DNA of 38,343 nucleotides from a virus (lineage: Duplodnaviria > Caudoviricetes), in the IMG/VR virus record IMGVR_UViG_3300011339_000343, positions 1-38,343 of that record, one strand, 5' to 3'. How positions within the stretch are numbered: position 1 is the first letter of the stretch; each line of letters starts with the position of its first letter. The notes under the pieces were generated by a model. That model searched no databases. It was not told the DNA's origin and worked only from the letters and a program-made list of their open reading frames with translations. The translations under genes and the position numbers were made by a program. Shown one piece after another: positions 33,800-38,343 of this stretch.

Positions 33800-35248
33800 T
33801 TAAGAACTGGGGCTAGTCTCTGGGCCTGTTTCATCTTCCATGTCGGGAGTTTCGACTTCTTGTGCTGTTTCAATAAGGTCGGAGTCTTCCAGGTCTGATA
33901 ACTCTTCTTCAATGTTGGTGTCGTCGGGCAGGATTTCGCCACGGCGCAGGATCTCCAGTAGCATCCCGTCGCTGATTTTGCCGGTGGCGTTGAGTTGACT
34001 GAGGACTGCAACGTCTTGGCCGATTAGGCGGTAGTAGTCGAAATCGCGGTCGATGCTGATTTCTGGGGGTTCGATGCCCACATACTGGGCAGCCAAGGCG
34101 AACGCCTGGTTCAAAGCTGACTCCAGCTCTTGGCTGACGATGGCCAGTACCGAGTTGGATTGGGCTTGGTCGATTCGTTTGGCCTCGGCAGACTCGGCAA
34201 CGAACTTCTGCCCGAACAGTTTGGTGATGCCCAGCGTGGACATCTGGCCTTCGAGGGCTTGGATCTCATTCATCTGGGCGTCGAAGCTGGTTGCGTCGGC
34301 CTGGACGTAGTACGCCTTGTTGCCCGGTGTCATCGAGATGGCATAGTTGACGCCCATTGCCACCGGACCAGTAGTGTCGTCCCAGCCCTCTAAAACGAGC
34401 GTGGGCATGGCTGCGATGTGGAGGGCGTGGATTAGGTCGGCCTGGCGTTGGTAGTGGGTGATATTGAGGTTGGCGATGTCCAGCAGCGGAGGCTGGGAGC
34501 GCAACATTCCACGCCGGTTGCTATAGATCGGCACCAGTGGGATTTCGTCCAGGCTGTAGCTGCCCGACTCGTAGATATTGACTGCCTCTTGGCCCAGTGT
34601 GTATAGGTCGTAGCGGCCTGGGTAGATGACGCGCATCTGCTCCACCTGATCCTCGCCGAACTCGTTGAGGGGAACGGTGGTGTACTCGTGGATGCGGACT
34701 TGGGTCAGGCGCGAGCCGGGCATCGTGGATTCTTGGCGCCAGCCCCAGATCTGGGGGGCGTCCACGTGGATGAAGTAGGGGCGACGGCCCATTGCCCGCT
34801 CTTCGGCCAAGGTGCGGACATTGCCGATAGGTGGGTAGTCCACCAGGATGGCGCTGTGGCCGAAGGTCATGCTGCTGACCAACGCCCGACGTGCGTACTC
34901 GTTGATGTTCGAGCCGATGCCGTCGATGTTTTGGGCCAGGTCCAGCCAATACTGGTCGCCCTCGATGTGGATGGGTTTGCGCAGGATTGCTCCAGCTGCC
35001 GTTTCGATTAGGCGGCTGGTATAAGGGGAGAGGACGCTGCGGTCGATGCGGGTTTGCCAGGCATCAGCGTCTTCCCTTGGTTCCTGGGGAAGGTAGGTGT
35101 CGGCTAGGTCGCGGAGGTAGTCGGTGCCGTTGGTGACGGCGGCCATTACGTTCCAGTTGGTCGTCATGCCGATCACCTCTAGGGATCGGACAAAGGGGGA
35201 TTCGCTGACTACAGCTTGCGTAAAGGGGGATGAGCCGCTGTAGACCAC
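33800..35248 (-). CDS. portal protein (DUF4055-like)
   Basis: YLPQEPRE, ILVDYP, RPYF, PPLLDIANLNITHYQ; acidic tail; position after terminase. Confidence 0.9.
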   Translation of the reverse strand: MVYSGSSPFTQAVVSESPFVRSLEVIGMTTNWNVMAAVTNGTDYLRDLADTYLPQEPREDADAWQTRIDRSVLSPYTSRLIETAAGAILRKPIHIEGDQYWLDLAQNIDGIGSNINEYARRALVSSMTFGHSAILVDYPPIGNVRTLAEERAMGRRPYFIHVDAPQIWGWRQESTMPGSRLTQVRIHEYTTVPLNEFGEDQVEQMRVIYPGRYDLYTLGQEAVNIYESGSYSLDEIPLVPIYSNRRGMLRSQPPLLDIANLNITHYQRQADLIHALHIAAMPTLVLEGWDDTTGPVAMGVNYAISMTPGNKAYYVQADATSFDAQMNEIQALEGQMSTLGITKLFGQKFVAESAEAKRIDQAQSNSVLAIVSQELESALNQAFALAAQYVGIEPPEISIDRDFDYYRLIGQDVAVLSQLNATGKISDGMLLEILRRGEILPDDTNIEEELSDLEDSDLIETAQEVETPDMEDETGPETSPSS

Positions 35249-35314
35249 GGTGTTGACTCCTACATTGCTTCTATTTTGACAGACCTAACTTAACCTTGTT
35301 CGGCCAAAATAAGG

Positions 35315-35533
35315 GTGTTCCAGCTAAGGGGTGTGGTGTCGAAACGGGAATGGGATACGCCGCTAAGGGAGCCATGGAATCCTGTGATTGCCCAATCTTT
35401 GAAGGCGATTGATTTACACGTATCGTGTTTTTTGACGACGGGGGAGATTTGGCACCTCGCAAAAGCGCAGGAATTGCGGGAGTATGTGCGCCAGCTCAAG
35501 GATTGGTTGTGTAAACAGGAAAGTCAAATTTGA
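35315..35533 (+). CDS. hypothetical protein on the opposite strand; start may be GTG 35333/35336
   Basis: REWDTPLREPWNPVI...AIDLH...WHLAKAQELREYVRQLKDWL; stop abuts the convergent stop at 35534. Confidence 0.7.
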   Translation: MFQLRGVVSKREWDTPLREPWNPVIAQSLKAIDLHVSCFLTTGEIWHLAKAQELREYVRQLKDWLCKQESQI

Positions 35534-35806
35534 TCACCATTTGACTTTGTTGGCCCAGTAGGCGGCAGACATTTTGCCTTTGGCGATGTTGGAGGCGTGG
35601 CGGGCTTTGAAGGCTTCGCGGCGTTTGCGCTCAGCATCCGATTCGCCTGCTTGTTTGGGTGATCCAGACACGCCCTGTTGGCCGAAACGGATCAGTTTTA
35701 CCGTATCGCCTTCTTTGGCGAGGACGACGTGGGATTTTTTGGGGTGGCCGGGGGTGCGCTTGGGTTTGTTGTAGCCCGCAAACTTTTCGCCGCGATAGTC
35801 AATCAT
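35534..35806 (-). CDS. small basic conserved phage protein (90 aa)
   Basis: GYNKPKRTPGHPKKSHVVLAK...IRFGQQG...FKARH...SAAYWANKVKW. Confidence 0.85.
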   Translation of the reverse strand: MIDYRGEKFAGYNKPKRTPGHPKKSHVVLAKEGDTVKLIRFGQQGVSGSPKQAGESDAERKRREAFKARHASNIAKGKMSAAYWANKVKW

Positions 35807-35978
35807 CCTCGTCCTCCACTTCGATGATCACTTCAATGCCTGATGCTAGACGCGCCATCAGCATGGAGAAGTCGCCTGGGTCGCTGGGGGTCATGAAGAC
35901 GAAGGTGGCCTCTGTCATGCGGGTTTGAGCGTCTACTTCCATGTGGATGCAGCCGCCTTGGCAGATGCGGGTGCCCAT
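35799..35978 (-). CDS. hypothetical protein (59 aa), missed by the ORF track
   Basis: MGTRICQGGCIHMEVDAQTRMTEATFVFMTPSDPGDFSMLMARLASGIEVIIEVEDEDD; TAATG and ATGATTGA overlaps. Confidence 0.75.
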   Translation of the reverse strand: MGTRICQGGCIHMEVDAQTRMTEATFVFMTPSDPGDFSMLMARLASGIEVIIEVEDEDD

Positions 35979-36346
35979 TACATTGCTCCAAGCAACACAG
36001 AAACAGTTGGGCTACCAGTTGAAGTGAGGGTTAGTAGGTGGACGCGGATATAACGGTTGGGCTGGTTTTGAACGTAATACATAATTGTTTCATTCGTTGA
36101 AATGGTATTGGCACCAGCATGTTTGGTGACGATGCTGAGGTGGCCCCAGTTGACGCCATCCAAACTACCATCGAAATCGAAGACGGCTTGTGCTCCACCG
36201 CCAGCAAGTCCGGCAACTGTTACTTGGATGGCCCAGTTCAGAGCAACGGCTTCATTGACTGGAAAAAAGCCCACGGTTGTACGTGAGCCCAGATCCCAGG
36301 TTGTTAGTTCGCCGTCATAAGTAATCCCGCCATTGTTGCTGCTCAT
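35978..36346 (-). CDS. beta-rich hypothetical, possible virion decoration protein
   Basis: FDGSLDGVNW...RYIRV pattern. Confidence 0.75.
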   Translation of the reverse strand: MSSNNGGITYDGELTTWDLGSRTTVGFFPVNEAVALNWAIQVTVAGLAGGGAQAVFDFDGSLDGVNWGHLSIVTKHAGANTISTNETIMYYVQNQPNRYIRVHLLTLTSTGSPTVSVLLGAM

Positions 36347-36510
36347 GATTTTTTACGTTTCTTGGCGGTTTTGGCGGTTTTGGCGGCTGCCTTGAACGCA
36401 CCAGCTGTTGGGGCGCCCTTGGTACCGGGTTTACGCATGGATTCGCCCGAACCGGCGGCGATGCGCTTGCGTTTGGCTGCGATGTTGCTATACAAGCCGC
36501 GTTCAGCCAT
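36343..36510 (-). CDS. small basic protein (55 aa), missed by the ORF track
   Basis: MAERGLYSNIAAKRKRIAAGSGESMRKPGTKGAPTAGAFKAAAKTAKTAKKRKKS; overlaps at both ends. Confidence 0.85.
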   Translation of the reverse strand: MAERGLYSNIAAKRKRIAAGSGESMRKPGTKGAPTAGAFKAAAKTAKTAKKRKKS

Positions 36511-36701
36511 TATTTCTTACCTTTTTTGGTAGGTTTCTTTTTGGGTTTGGACAACCCAGCCTCGCTCAGGGCGATGGCGATGGCCTGTTTGCGGGATTTC
36601 ACGACGGGACCTTCCTTGCTGCCCGAGTGCAGTTCGCCCTTGCCGTACTCGCGCATTACCTTGGCGGTCTTTTTCTGGGCTTTGGTGGGTTTTTTGGCCA
36701 T
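36510..36701 (-). CDS. small basic protein, DUF6496-like
   Basis: KVMREYGKGELHSG...VKSRKQAIAIALSEAG. Confidence 0.85.
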   Translation of the reverse strand: MAKKPTKAQKKTAKVMREYGKGELHSGSKEGPVVKSRKQAIAIALSEAGLSKPKKKPTKKGKK

Positions 36702-36714
36702 CAAACTGCTTCAG

Positions 36715-37962
36715 TTAATAGACACGATAGCCGGTCTGGCCCATGGTTTCTGGCTTGGCGAGGTTGAATACTTGGAGGCATAAGTATCCCAGTGCGTCGA
36801 AACTGTGGTCCACACCTAGATTTTTGTTGGGGAGGCCGGTGCCGGAGGCGTAGGTCAATGTGCGGAGGGACTTAATGAGTTCCTTGCAGCGCGGGTGGAT
36901 AAATAGGCGGCGGGTTCCAGACGCATCCAGTAATGCGGTGTTAACGCAGGTGATCTTGTCGCGGATTTTCCAGGGGGCTCGGGGGCTGGATACTTTGAAG
37001 CCCGAGCGTTTCAGAATGGTGTGGTCGGTGACGCCGATGCCGCTGGTTTTTCGTGCTCCACCCGTGGGGTCGGGGCAGGCGATGATGCGGCGGTCTACGC
37101 CATAGCGGCGTTGGACTTCTTCGCAAAAATCCCAGGTGGTGGCCCCACCCGTCATCACGATTTCGTCGAATACCCAGAGGTCGTTGCCCTTTTTGACGGC
37201 GCAGACGCCAGACATGGGGTCCACGTTGAAGTCCACCCCCAGCAAGAGCGGTAAAACGGGGAGGTCTTGCACCACGCCGTCGATGTTGGCGTCCGAGAAT
37301 GAAACGGCGACAAGACCGCTGAGATTCTCGAAGCTGGCCTCGAATTCCTGGCGGAAGGTGCGGGGGTCGAGTTGGCCTCGGGCGGCCTCGATTTCGGCGG
37401 CGGGGACGTTATCGCCGTCAATTGTGGTGAATTGCCAGCGGGCCCAGTCCTTATCGCCCTCCTCGCAATAGCACCACATGTCATAAAACCAGCTAGCTGT
37501 GCCATCCGGGGTGGAGATGAACAAGGCCCAGCCCTGTTTGTCGGCTAGCGCGGGGCGAATTACCTCGAACCAGACCTCGCGGTCCATGAAGGCGGCTTCG
37601 TCCAGTACAACGCCAGCCAAACTGCGGCCTCGGAGGGCCATGGCGTTCTCGGTGCCCTTCAATTCGATGGTGCTGCCGTTCACCAGCTCGATTTTGAGGT
37701 CAGTTTCGTTTTTACTTTTGACCCAGGCTTTGGGGACCAGCTTTTTCATCACCTTCCAGGCGATGTCCTTGGCCATCCGGTAGGTGGGGGCGGCATAAAA
37801 GAAGGTTTCGCCGGGCCGTTCGATTGCGGCGCGTAACAATTCGATACACGCCAGGTAACTTTTGCCGAATCGGCGGCCTGCAACCAGCACCCTGAAGCGT
37901 TTACGGCTCTCAAATACCTGACCTTGGGCATGTCGCAGGGTCAGCGTGTTGTCAGTGCGCAT
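36715..37962 (-). CDS. terL: terminase large subunit
   Basis: Walker A AGRRFGKS, Walker B VVLDEAAF, motif III ISTP, nuclease GVDFN and DHSFDALGY. Confidence 0.97.
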   Translation of the reverse strand: MRTDNTLTLRHAQGQVFESRKRFRVLVAGRRFGKSYLACIELLRAAIERPGETFFYAAPTYRMAKDIAWKVMKKLVPKAWVKSKNETDLKIELVNGSTIELKGTENAMALRGRSLAGVVLDEAAFMDREVWFEVIRPALADKQGWALFISTPDGTASWFYDMWCYCEEGDKDWARWQFTTIDGDNVPAAEIEAARGQLDPRTFRQEFEASFENLSGLVAVSFSDANIDGVVQDLPVLPLLLGVDFNVDPMSGVCAVKKGNDLWVFDEIVMTGGATTWDFCEEVQRRYGVDRRIIACPDPTGGARKTSGIGVTDHTILKRSGFKVSSPRAPWKIRDKITCVNTALLDASGTRRLFIHPRCKELIKSLRTLTYASGTGLPNKNLGVDHSFDALGYLCLQVFNLAKPETMGQTGYRVY

Positions 37963-38194
37963 TTATTTTTGGGGCTGGCTTGCACTGTAGTACAGAAACT
38001 CGACCCCTACCCCCTAGTACCTAGGAGGTGTGTAACAGTAGTAGAAAACGTGAATATATCAGTAGGTTCCCTGGGTCCTGCCTCCCACCTCCCAAATTCC
38101 AGCCTTACCCCCGCCTTGTGATTGGCGAGGGCTTGGCAGAATCGGGCTATTAAAGGGCCAAAAGTCAAGCCCGGTTCACAGTTTGTAACATGCC

Positions 38195-38341
38195 CTAACG
38201 ACCCAGTAGGCGCAGCTCACAAGCGGCAGGCTCTGGCCCCAGCTTGCAACGTGCCATCAGGTCTCGGGTCTCGCTAGCCAGCATCCAACCGGCCCATAGG
38301 CTGAGGGTAAGGGTTGCTCCGATGCTGGCCAGGGTAACGCG
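38195..38341 (-). CDS. 3' part of a small membrane protein truncated by the window edge
   Basis: RVTLASIGATLTLSLWAGWMLASETRDLMARCKLGPEPAACELRLLGR then TAG. Confidence 0.55.
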   Translation of the reverse strand, partial: RVTLASIGATLTLSLWAGWMLASETRDLMARCKLGPEPAACELRLLGR

Positions 38342-38343
38342 TG

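Noticed and set aside
1-38343. Alternative genetic code, tRNA genes, introns or inteins
   Set aside because: All core genes are intact in the standard code with normal lengths; no cloverleaf or intein motifs noticed by eye

Overview
About 38 kb of a tailed dsDNA phage genome of siphovirus type (long tape measure, lambda-like tail-tip genes, no sheath gene). A freshwater picocyanobacterial (Synechococcus/Cyanobium-like) host is inferred from gene families I recognise, not from a search. The left arm (1-8284, + strand) is a tightly overlapped early/replication block: dCTP deaminase, a DUF6378-like protein, a modular array of small paralogous genes, several HTH/Zn-ribbon/RHH proteins and a family A DNA polymerase. 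The right arm (8281-38343, - strand) runs terminase large subunit, small basic proteins, portal, scaffold, major capsid, head-tail connectors, major tail protein, a tail chaperone with a -1 slippery site, tape measure, tail tip, two extra tail-tube paralogs, two parallel fibre/chaperone cassettes and lysis genes. Three isolated + strand genes interrupt this arm. Most notable: (i) six C-(A/U)GU-G triloop hairpins confined to the scaffold/capsid/major-tail region, two of them in leaders with mutually exclusive alternative pairing, a candidate RNA-level regulon; (ii) a divergent gene pair whose start codons share one CATG; (iii) -10-only promoters built out of upstream stop codons; (iv) a cassette-like array whose conserved C-termini encode the next gene's Shine-Dalgarno. 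No RNA genes, CRISPR array, integrase or reverse transcriptase were seen. All product calls come from motif recognition only.
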